A stretch of 64,000 nt of DNA, taken from assembly GCA_028289135.1 (NCBI GenBank), contig JAQGGW010000008.1:34385-98384 (forward strand), written 5' to 3'. The notes under the pieces are model-generated. The model had not been told where the DNA came from and did no database searches. It worked only from the letters and a program-made list of their open reading frames with translations. The translations under genes were made by a program, and so were the position numbers. Source of the stretch: Candidatus Saccharimonadota bacterium (lineage in GTDB: Bacteria; Patescibacteriota; Saccharimonadia; Saccharimonadales; JACDBH01). Shown here piece after piece: positions 38,714 to 46,948 of the stretch; positions within the stretch are counted from its first letter, which is position 1; each line of letters begins with the position of its first letter.

Positions 38714-38807
38714 ACCCCTGGTGGAGGATTTTGTTAACTCCTTACGCTTTGTGGGCGGTTACAGACGCTTTCGTATCAGAACCGGGGCTGCAGAAACCGT
38801 TTTAAAA

Positions 38808-39152
38808 TTATAAAATTTTGGAGCGTTCGAGGAGGTTTTTGACTTCTGCGGCCAGCTTTTCGGCCGGCATGCTGGCCGCTTCCAGTTGGTAGATAGTAAA
38901 AACCAGGTTTGCCTGCTGCTTGAACTCCGCCATGTGGACGCGCACCAGCTCATAAACACGCCGCCTAATCCGGTTGCGCACCACGGCCGACTTATGAACC
39001 TTTTTGCTCACCACTACCGCCACGTGCACCGCAGGATGCTTTGGGTCCACATAAACATGCAGGCTTCCGAGCTCGTTGCGCTGGGATCTGCCTTGTTTAT
39101 AAATGCGGCGGACTGATTGGTGACCGTGGAAACGGTTTAGCTTGGCTAACAT
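38808..39152 (-). CDS. rnpA: Ribonuclease P protein component
   Basis: 'VVVSKKVHKSAVVRNRIRRR' RNR motif; synteny with rpmH and yidC. Confidence 0.95.
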   Translation of the reverse strand: MLAKLNRFHGHQSVRRIYKQGRSQRNELGSLHVYVDPKHPAVHVAVVVSKKVHKSAVVRNRIRRRVYELVRVHMAEFKQQANLVFTIYQLEAASMPAEKLAAEVKNLLERSKIL

Positions 39153-39255
39153 ATGTACAGTGTACCTTTTTTACTTAACAGTGGTAAATCCGGACGTCAA
39201 TGCCCTTCTGAGGCCATTTCTAGGGCCTGTAGGGCTGTTTAGGGGTCAAAACAAG

Positions 39256-39280
39256 AAAAACACCGCCCTCAAAAGGCGGC
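39256..39280 (-). terminator. Probable terminator after rpmH
   Basis: Minus strand GCCGCC-TTTTGAG-GGCGGT followed by GTTTTT. Confidence 0.5.
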
Positions 39281-39313
39281 ATTCTCTCTGTTAAGGCTAA
39301 AACTGACCCCTGT

Positions 39314-39451
39314 TTAGGCAGTGAGTTTTTTGCGGCCCTTGGCACGGCGGCGGGCAAGCAAGTTGCGACCGGTGCGGTTGGCCATGCGCTTCAAGAAACC
39401 GTGCTCTTTTGCACGTGAGCGTTTCTTGGGCTGGAATGTTCGTTTTGGCAT
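39314..39451 (-). CDS. rpmH: 50S ribosomal protein L34 (missing from the ORF track)
   Basis: Translates to [45 protein letters not shown]. Confidence 0.97.
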   Translation of the reverse strand: MPKRTFQPKKRSRAKEHGFLKRMANRTGRNLLARRRAKGRKKLTA

Positions 39452-39579
39452 AATTTATCCTGTTATCTCTTATTAATTTAACTCTTAGTATACAGTAGCG
39501 GCTATTGTCTGTAGAGTCTTGTTATTTTGACAATAAATGACCGCTATATCTTAACAGGTTTTCCCCTGTTTTCAAAGCG

Positions 39580-39725
39580 TTATCCCCAGTTTTGTCAGAT
39601 ACAAAGCCTGCCTGTGTATAAATAAGCACAAAAATCACATATTTTACGGTGCGTTAATTTTACATCTTATTACTTGTGGAAAACTCCGCAACTTTTGCTA
39701 TAGTATTAGTTAGAAACGTGGATAA
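39580..39725. promoter_or_regulatory. DnaA-box cluster upstream of dnaA
   Basis: TTATCCCCA 39580, TGTGTATAA 39613, TGTGGAAAA 39675, CGTGGATAA 39717. Confidence 0.75.
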
Positions 39726-39740
39726 AGAGAGGGTAACCAG

Positions 39741-41129
39741 ATGCAGGACGACCACTTGTGGCAAGCAGTGCTCGGCGAGATAGAGCTTAGTATCTCGAGG
39801 GGTAACTATGTCACGTGGTTTAAAAACACCCGCCTGCTCCGCTTTAAGGACAACGTTCTGACCATCGGCGTCCCCAACGTTTTTGTAAAACAGCAGCTTG
39901 AGCGCAAATATAACGACATTATTATGGAGCTGCTCGCCAAAAACCGCACCACTCCCGACAAAATCGAATATAAGATCCACACCGACCTGTCCAAAAACAG
40001 CGCCAACCAAGAGGAAGAGTCAATCTCACTCAACCCCTCTTCCTCACCAAGCTCAGTAGCCACCCACGCCCAAATGCCGATGAGCAACGGCAACTCACTG
40101 AGCCATTCTTACCGCCTTGGCCTCAATGAGCGCTACACTTTTGACAATTTTATCGTCGGCGGCGGCAACGAACTGGCTTATGCCGCCTGCCAGGCAATTG
40201 CCGCCAACCCGGGCACCAAATACAACCCGCTATTTATATATGGCGGCGTTGGGATCGGCAAAACCCACCTTATCCAAGCTGTCGGCAACGCGATTATCGC
40301 TAACAAACCCGGCACGCGCGTGGTTTATGTCTCGACCGAACAATTTGTCCAGGAATTCATCGATGCTGTCCGCTATAAGAAAAACACCGACTTCGCAGGC
40401 TATTACCGCAACGCCGACGTGCTGATTATCGACGACATGCAGTTTATTGCCGGCAAAGATAAAACCCAAGAAGAATTTTTCCACACCTTTAATGCCCTGC
40501 ACCAGGCCAACAAGCAGGTCATTATTAGCTCCGACAAGCCGCCAAAAGATATCCCGACCCTCGAGGAACGTTTGCGCAGCAGGTTTGCCTGGGGCATGAG
40601 TATCGACATGCAAAACCCAGACTTCGAAACCCGCTGCGCGATTGTCCAGTCCAAGGCCGAAATGAAGGGCATGGTTTTGCCGCCCGACGTTGTTGAATAT
40701 TTGGCCAACCACATCCAGACAAACATCCGCGAGCTCGAAGGCGCGCTTAACCAATTAATTGCCTTTTGTGAAATGCGCGGCCTGGAGCCGGACGCCAATA
40801 TTGTCTCGAGCCTGCTTAGCGCCAACAAGTCCCGGCCAAAACATTTAAGCGCCCGCCAGGTGATTGAGCGGATTTCCAAACATTTCCAGGTGCCGATGGA
40901 CGATCTGCTTGGGCCAAAACGCGACAAAGACATTGTTGTCCCCCGCCAAGTGGCCATGTATATGCTTAGATCAGAGCTACATTTAAGCTTCCCCAAGATT
41001 GCCCGCGAGCTTGGACGTAAGGACCACACGACAGCCATCCACTCGGTCGAGAAGATCGAGCAAGAGCTAACATTCGACGCCATCATGCGCCAGCACATTT
41101 CCGAGATCAAGGAGCGCTTATATGCCTAA
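39741..41129 (+). CDS. dnaA: Chromosomal replication initiator DnaA
   Basis: 'YTFDNFIVG', 'YNPLFIYGGVGIGKTHL', 'QEEFFHTFN', 'NIRELEGAL', 'KDHTTAIH'. Confidence 0.99.
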   Translation: MQDDHLWQAVLGEIELSISRGNYVTWFKNTRLLRFKDNVLTIGVPNVFVKQQLERKYNDIIMELLAKNRTTPDKIEYKIHTDLSKNSANQEEESISLNPSSSPSSVATHAQMPMSNGNSLSHSYRLGLNERYTFDNFIVGGGNELAYAACQAIAANPGTKYNPLFIYGGVGIGKTHLIQAVGNAIIANKPGTRVVYVSTEQFVQEFIDAVRYKKNTDFAGYYRNADVLIIDDMQFIAGKDKTQEEFFHTFNALHQANKQVIISSDKPPKDIPTLEERLRSRFAWGMSIDMQNPDFETRCAIVQSKAEMKGMVLPPDVVEYLANHIQTNIRELEGALNQLIAFCEMRGLEPDANIVSSLLSANKSRPKHLSARQVIERISKHFQVPMDDLLGPKRDKDIVVPRQVAMYMLRSELHLSFPKIARELGRKDHTTAIHSVEKIEQELTFDAIMRQHISEIKERLYA

Positions 41130-41426
41130 TTTACAAACTCATGTTGCGCGTATGTGGAGTGCTTGTGCACAAACCGCTCATAACTGCCCGCTTGCTACTG
41201 GTATAACTACCCAAAACAACCACAGGCCTGCATACATTAGTAATGCTCCAGTGTATAAAGTCCCCCAGTTTGCCGGTTTTAACACCCCGTCTAACCACCG
41301 CTTTACCCACGAAGCCCAGATGCTAATTAACAGAGTAAAGCCGGCACTTATACCCACTGTCCACATGGCTTATATAGAGAATAAAAAGTTAAATTTAATT
41401 AAATATTATTAGAAAGGGCATATACA
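41130..41426. other. Probable oriC unwinding region (dnaA-dnaN spacer)
   Basis: AGTGTATAA at 41250; tandem TTATACCCA+CTGTCCACA at 41348-41365; then TGGC and an AT-rich tract to ~41410. Confidence 0.7.
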
Positions 41427-42518
41427 ATGAAGCTTCAAGTCACCCAGGAAAATCTTTCAAAAGCACTCAGCACCGTTGCCCGTGTAGCTAATACCCGCAA
41501 TACATTACCGATTCTTGGAAACGTATTACTTAAAACCGTCGACAACCGTTTAAGTGTTTCGGCAACAAACCTCGACATTGCCATCACGCACTACATCGGG
41601 TCAAAAGTGAGCGAAGAAGGCGCCATTACTGTTCCTGCCCGGCTAATGCAGGATTTTGTGAGCAGCTTGCCTAGTGGAGTGATTGACCTGGAGCTAGACG
41701 AAAACAAACTTCATATTGCTACCGACCAGTACAAATCAACCATTAACGGCGTCAGTGCCGAGGATTTCCCGGTTATGCCGGCCATTACCGGTGGCACTTC
41801 GTGGCAGATTTCAACTAGCGTATTTAAAAAAGGCTTGCAGCAAACCGTGTTGGCAGCTTCAACCGATGAAGCCCGCCCAGTATTAACGGGGGTGTTTTTA
41901 CATAGTTTTGATGGGGATCTGCATATGGTCGCCACCGACAGCTACCGCCTGGCCGAAAAAACCCTGCAAAAATCTAAAAGCGATACTTCCCTGCTGGTCC
42001 CAGGCTCGGCACTCCAGGATATGCTGCGAATTTTAGGCGACACCGAAGAACAGGTTATGATCACCCACGACGAACAGCAAGTCTTGTTCCAGGTTGGCGA
42101 AGTTGAGCTGGTCAGCCGTCTGATCGAAGGTGCTTACCCAGATTACCGCAAGCTTATCCCAAAATCTTTCGAGGTTACGGCCACGCTGAGCAAGGCCGAC
42201 TTTACGAATATTACTAAAGTTTCATCACTATTTGCGCGCGAAAGTGCCGGCAGCGTCACAATTAAGATCGACGAAGCCGCCAAACAAGTCAGCATCCGTT
42301 CGGTCGCCTCACAACTTGGCGAAAACACGGCTAGCGCTACCGCGGAAGTCACAGGCAGCGGCGAAGTAACGCTAAATTCACGCTACTTGCTGGACGCTTT
42401 GCACGTCTTTAACGGCGACAAAATAACATTTAGCTTTAACGGCAAGCTTGACCCGTGCCTGCTTACCGAACCATCAGCCAAGGGTTACAAGCACATAATT
42501 ATGCCGCTTCGCTCTTAA
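41427..42518 (+). CDS. dnaN: DNA polymerase III beta clamp
   Basis: 'LPILGNVLL', 'ATNLD', 'RPVLTGV', 'VATDSYRLA', 'LIEGAYPDY', 'IMPLR'. Confidence 0.98.
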   Translation: MKLQVTQENLSKALSTVARVANTRNTLPILGNVLLKTVDNRLSVSATNLDIAITHYIGSKVSEEGAITVPARLMQDFVSSLPSGVIDLELDENKLHIATDQYKSTINGVSAEDFPVMPAITGGTSWQISTSVFKKGLQQTVLAASTDEARPVLTGVFLHSFDGDLHMVATDSYRLAEKTLQKSKSDTSLLVPGSALQDMLRILGDTEEQVMITHDEQQVLFQVGEVELVSRLIEGAYPDYRKLIPKSFEVTATLSKADFTNITKVSSLFARESAGSVTIKIDEAAKQVSIRSVASQLGENTASATAEVTGSGEVTLNSRYLLDALHVFNGDKITFSFNGKLDPCLLTEPSAKGYKHIIMPLRS

Positions 42519-42557
42519 GCTCTTGCCGATGCGCCAACTCTTCACTACCCTTATAAG

Positions 42558-43616
42558 ATGCTAAGCAACATTGAGCTTAAACAGTTCCGCTCCTACCAGG
42601 ACGACAGTTTTGAATTTAGCCCAGGCGTTAATATTATCGTTGGGCCGAATGCCAGCGGTAAATCAAACTTGCTTGAAGCGGTGCTGGTTATGGCGCGCGG
42701 TGCATCATACCGGGCGGCCGACACGGATTTGATTATGTTCGGCAAACCATGGGCACGCCTTGATGCCGCACTGTCGGACGGGGTTAAAAGAACGCTCAAA
42801 ATTACTAAAAGCGGCGATAAAAGCACTAAGGCATACGTGTTTGACGAAAAGCCCTACGCCCGGCTTTCCTACGCCCATACTTTGCCGGTAGTATTGTTTG
42901 AGCCCAATAACCTTTTGCTGCTTCATGGCCAGCCGGACGCCCGCAGGCTCTATATGGATGACCTTTTAGAACAGTTAGAGCCTGGGTTTGCAGCCACGCG
43001 TAAACATTACCGCCGGGTTCTAAGCCAACGCAATGCCCTTTTAAAACGCCAACCGCACGACATTGAACAGCAAATATTTGTCTGGAATGTGCGTCTTAGC
43101 GAACTGGGCGGGCATATTGCCAGCCAGCGCATTGCCCTTGTCGAAAAACTAAACCAAAAACTGGGCGGCATTTATAAAAACATTGCCCAGGCCAAAACTA
43201 AAGTAACTGCAGAGTACGAAAGCCAGCTGCCATTTGAAAATTATGAAACTGCCCTGCTCCGCAAGCTTGAAGCCTCACTAGAAAAGGATATTTTGCGCGG
43301 TTTCACTGCCGTAGGGCCGCACCGCGACGACTTGGTGCTGCGGTTCGACAATGTAGCGGCCAGCGAAACGGCGTCCCGCGGCGAGACCCGTACGGCGCTA
43401 CTGGCGCTAAAAGTATTTGAACTAGAACTACTAGAAAGTGTCCGCGGCCAAAAGCCGCTTTTGCTGCTGGACGACGTCTTTAGCGAGCTGGATGGCAAAC
43501 GCCGCCATGCCCTGACCGAATACCTCCAAAACTACCAAACATTTATAACCACCACCGACGCCGACGTTGTACTTCACAGCTTCGCCCAGTCCGCCAACCT
43601 GATTGCACTTAAATAA
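42558..43616 (+). CDS. recF: DNA replication/repair protein RecF
   Basis: 'FRSY', 'GPNASGKSNLLEA', 'QRNALL', 'GPHRDD', 'SRGE', 'LLLDDVFSELD'. Confidence 0.96.
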   Translation: MLSNIELKQFRSYQDDSFEFSPGVNIIVGPNASGKSNLLEAVLVMARGASYRAADTDLIMFGKPWARLDAALSDGVKRTLKITKSGDKSTKAYVFDEKPYARLSYAHTLPVVLFEPNNLLLLHGQPDARRLYMDDLLEQLEPGFAATRKHYRRVLSQRNALLKRQPHDIEQQIFVWNVRLSELGGHIASQRIALVEKLNQKLGGIYKNIAQAKTKVTAEYESQLPFENYETALLRKLEASLEKDILRGFTAVGPHRDDLVLRFDNVAASETASRGETRTALLALKVFELELLESVRGQKPLLLLDDVFSELDGKRRHALTEYLQNYQTFITTTDADVVLHSFAQSANLIALK

Positions 43617-44288
43617 CTAGCCAGCCGGTGCGCCGTCTCCCAAACTAGACGGGGTTAAGAAATGATAATTCTCCCCCGTCAGTGAATGAAGCATAAGTTT
43701 AGACTGTAATTCTTTTAATGCCGCATCTTGGGCGGAAGTGTCGTTAAGAGTAATAATAAAACTGTCGTCACTACTTACGTAGTCGATAACGTAAGTATCG
43801 TGGTTGGCCGGGAGGGTCCCAATATATTGGTTACGGATGCTGTTTGAAGGAAGTAAAGTATCGAGGTTCGCACCTGTAGACTCGTTTAAGATAGCTGTTT
43901 TAATATGGTTATTTTTTAGCAAAGTTGCCGTAACCACTATTTTGTCTGACGATTTAGCAAAAGTGCCGCTTAGTGTCAGGGTGTTTCCCTTCTTACTTGG
44001 CTTGCCGCCAACATCAAACTCAACCGTTGGATGCTTGGCGGGGTTGTAGGCGTTAAAATTTTTACGTGCAAAGAAGGCGATGTCATCCCGCAACAGGCTA
44101 TCTGCCCGCGTGCCAAACGGCGAATACGTGTCGTTCTTGTATATAAGAAACGCTCCCGAAGTCGGGGAGACATACTCGTCGCCATTAGCAATGTCGGCTG
44201 GCTTGTGCGAACGAAGGCCTGCGATTAACAGAATCACGATACCGAGAATGAGGACGGCACTAATAATAATTCGTCGCCTACTCATCAT
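43617..44288 (-). CDS. Membrane-anchored hypothetical protein
   Basis: ATG 44288 overlaps the hydrolase TGA (ATGA); RRR followed by a TM helix. Confidence 0.7.
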   Translation of the reverse strand: MMSRRRIIISAVLILGIVILLIAGLRSHKPADIANGDEYVSPTSGAFLIYKNDTYSPFGTRADSLLRDDIAFFARKNFNAYNPAKHPTVEFDVGGKPSKKGNTLTLSGTFAKSSDKIVVTATLLKNNHIKTAILNESTGANLDTLLPSNSIRNQYIGTLPANHDTYVIDYVSSDDSFIITLNDTSAQDAALKELQSKLMLHSLTGENYHFLTPSSLGDGAPAG

Positions 44289-46375
44289 TTTGTAGTCTCC
44301 ACCGGTATGGTTGTTGCTGGCGGTGGTGGATTCCTTGGCCCGGTGTAATGTACTGCCCATTCAAAAGTGCCGCCTTTGCCATCACCAACAAAACCGCGGT
44401 TTTTACGCACCCCGGACAAAACGTCAGGATTAGACGCCTCCATGGTTTTAAGCTCTTTGGTGGTTTTGTCGTAACTTACGACGACTGCAATATGGCCCGT
44501 GCCACCATCGGCTGTATGGCAAAGCCGCCCGATCCCAACCAAGTCTCCGGGCTGTACCGTAGTAAGGTCCTCTATCTCTTTAAAATGAGGGTCAGTTAAG
44601 TATTGGGCAGAACAAATTCCAAGCAGATCGACACTAAAAGCCCTGTAAATAGCCATCCCAGTAAGTGCGCTACAGTCTAGGATGGTTGGGTTTGGAATCT
44701 TAGGATCACGCGGCCCAGATCCGTACGCAATGCCAGTAAGCTGGTTAATTGCCGCGCAAGCTATTGCTGCATTACCCTCGTTTGCGCCGCAATCTGTAAT
44801 ATACTGAGCCGCCGCTCCTGTTGCTGGCTGGCTGGCGTTACCACAGACAGTATTAACTGTTGTTGCTGGCGACCCAGAAGTAAGGCCCGCCGTAATAGCG
44901 TCGATAGTTTCTAATACCCCAGACTTGTAAGCGTTTTCATTATTCCCATCACCGTTTGGCGCATAGTGGCTAAAGTAGACAGAAAAGTTTGGTGAAACGT
45001 AAGTGCTATCAGGGTTGAGATAGTTACGCCTTATGTAGGCAAACCAGTTGTCGTCCGCAATCAAGCTGCCCCCCCATGACTGCCACTGATACACTAGCCG
45101 GTCTCTCGTCCCATGGTAAACAGTGTGCGGCTGTGAGGCGCTGGCCGAGCGCCCGAATGCATTATAGCTTGGCGGTGTCGTGGCGCTCCAACCTTCTTTG
45201 GCGGTTCCATACTGGCTTTCGCGCTGGATGTGTCCTACTGCTAAAAATGGATTTACATTGTTTTGTTTGCCGCTTGCTACAAAGTCTTTGCCGAGTCCTA
45301 CAAAAGGACTAGTGGGTGCCTTTTTCTGGATGTAGTCATCAATTGCTTTGGCTGTGGCTTGCTGGTCAGTAAGAGCCGAAGGATACGTCAGTATGTGATA
45401 CGGGTTCCCGTCCTCACTGGTGTCGCCAACGGTTGGACCTGTTGCCCCGACGCCGTTCCCGCTAGCAATCGTGCAGCATCCGGGAGTGCTCACGGGGGGT
45501 ACGTTGGTCGATACTAAGGCCCCCGGCTTCGGGAGCTGGGAGACTATCCAGTCGGCCTTTTTTTGCCTGCCTTCCGAGGTGCCAACATGGATCCCGTCTG
45601 CTCCATTAGGGGCATAAACATCCGGTGCAATCGTTGCATCAGCAGCTGCAGCCGTAGCATAGTCGATCACATGAAAATTATCACGAGCGGCAGCTGTAGC
45701 GATTACATCATTAACCGACTGATAAGAGGTGCTTTTTATTGTGTCGGGCGTAGACCAGTACGTGTTTACCCAATAAATAGCCGGGCTATTATTGGCTCTT
45801 ACGGCAGCAACAATCGCGTCTATTTCGTTCGTCAGGTCACTTTTTGGTATCTCACTGTTTGTGCCAAGCGCAATAACAACTATATCCGCATGATCTTTGT
45901 CAAAATCAGTTGCCCCGCCTGTCAGTGCATGATCCTCTAGGTGCGCAATACTTCCAGCAATATTAATGCCTCCTTGCGCTTCAACCGAATGGCCGTTTAC
46001 GCGCGGTGAATTTCCGTCCAGCCCAGTAGCCGTATAAGTTGTATCTACCGAGTAGTTTGCTGCCGCGGTTTTTTCTAGCAGATTGCCTGTTACGGTATGG
46101 GCCTTATTCCCCTGGGTCATGTGATATGTTAGCGAATCGCCAATATAAAAAACCTTATTCCCCGCGGCGGTAACTGTTGGCTGCGGTGTCGATACTTTTG
46201 TTGTGCATTCCGTAGATGTTGGGTCATACATTGGCGTGTTTACGATGGCGTTAAGTTCGTTTACGCTTATCGCATGCGCGCTTGGGACTGCCACCACAAC
46301 CAGCAATGTAGCTATGGTGCCCGCAAGTCTAGTACCAAAACGAAGTTTATGGGAAAAGTGCAGCAAGTACTTCAT
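44285..46375 (-). CDS. Secreted multidomain cell-wall hydrolase: SGNH esterase + lysozyme/glucosaminidase-like + NlpC/P60
   Basis: 'IGDSLT..LGTN..DGIH'; 'VNPFLAVGHIQRESQYG..YNAFG..HYAP'; 'LDCSAL..QPGDLV..GHIAVV..MEAS'; signal peptide from ATG 46375. Confidence 0.8.
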   Translation of the reverse strand: MKYLLHFSHKLRFGTRLAGTIATLLVVVAVPSAHAISVNELNAIVNTPMYDPTSTECTTKVSTPQPTVTAAGNKVFYIGDSLTYHMTQGNKAHTVTGNLLEKTAAANYSVDTTYTATGLDGNSPRVNGHSVEAQGGINIAGSIAHLEDHALTGGATDFDKDHADIVVIALGTNSEIPKSDLTNEIDAIVAAVRANNSPAIYWVNTYWSTPDTIKSTSYQSVNDVIATAAARDNFHVIDYATAAAADATIAPDVYAPNGADGIHVGTSEGRQKKADWIVSQLPKPGALVSTNVPPVSTPGCCTIASGNGVGATGPTVGDTSEDGNPYHILTYPSALTDQQATAKAIDDYIQKKAPTSPFVGLGKDFVASGKQNNVNPFLAVGHIQRESQYGTAKEGWSATTPPSYNAFGRSASASQPHTVYHGTRDRLVYQWQSWGGSLIADDNWFAYIRRNYLNPDSTYVSPNFSVYFSHYAPNGDGNNENAYKSGVLETIDAITAGLTSGSPATTVNTVCGNASQPATGAAAQYITDCGANEGNAAIACAAINQLTGIAYGSGPRDPKIPNPTILDCSALTGMAIYRAFSVDLLGICSAQYLTDPHFKEIEDLTTVQPGDLVGIGRLCHTADGGTGHIAVVVSYDKTTKELKTMEASNPDVLSGVRKNRGFVGDGKGGTFEWAVHYTGPRNPPPPATTIPVETTK

Positions 46376-46376
46376 A

Positions 46377-46946
46377 TTAATCCCCTGCCACATCTGTTAA
46401 AAATGTAACTAAGTCTTTTGGAGCGTTCTTGTAAGTGCTCTTTGAGGTATCAAAAAGGCCGTCTGGATTAGTAAGAACCCACGAAGCCTTCTCGTAGTCG
46501 TACTGTAGTGCGTAGGATAAGCTATTGCCTTCTGTGCCATCGACTATCGCGCCAATCCAACCGCCATCAAACTGCCGGGCGGAACTAATTCCGCTTTCAT
46601 CTTTAAGCCCTAATGTTTTTTGAACGACGGTGCGGGCACTATCCCCCGCCGAAACCGCAATAATTACTTTTCCGCCAAGCAGCGGTTTAATACTTAGGCT
46701 TGTTTTTACTGCCTTAATTCCTGGCCCGCTTACCAATACCGGATAGGTGCCCGTTTTGCCATATGTGAAAGTTCGTACGCCCAAGTCCTTGGTAGTAATA
46801 CGCGTATTATCTATGTAGACATAAGTTGTTGTCGGATCAAAACTGCCTGTTAAAATCACGGTAACGCGAGGCTTAATAAGGCCTTTAACACCCAGAGCAA
46901 GTACTATAAATATGACAATAATAACAATGAGGCGTATGTATTTCAT
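46377..46946 (-). CDS. Membrane-anchored hypothetical protein (PEGA/Ig-like beta region)
   Basis: N-terminal TM; 'VYIDN...GTYPVLVS..G'; tightly packed between the two hydrolase genes. Confidence 0.7.
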   Translation of the reverse strand: MKYIRLIVIIVIFIVLALGVKGLIKPRVTVILTGSFDPTTTYVYIDNTRITTKDLGVRTFTYGKTGTYPVLVSGPGIKAVKTSLSIKPLLGGKVIIAVSAGDSARTVVQKTLGLKDESGISSARQFDGGWIGAIVDGTEGNSLSYALQYDYEKASWVLTNPDGLFDTSKSTYKNAPKDLVTFLTDVAGD

Positions 46947-46948
46947 TG

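Noticed and set aside
40230..41110. Long antisense ORFs (174 and 235 aa) opposite dnaA, and similar ones opposite virB4, prgI and the priming transferase
   Set aside because: Typical antisense shadows of GC-richer conserved genes; no recognisable motifs
41122..41412. 96-aa ORF between dnaA and dnaN
   Set aside because: Overlaps DnaA boxes and the AT-rich tract; the region is better explained as oriC
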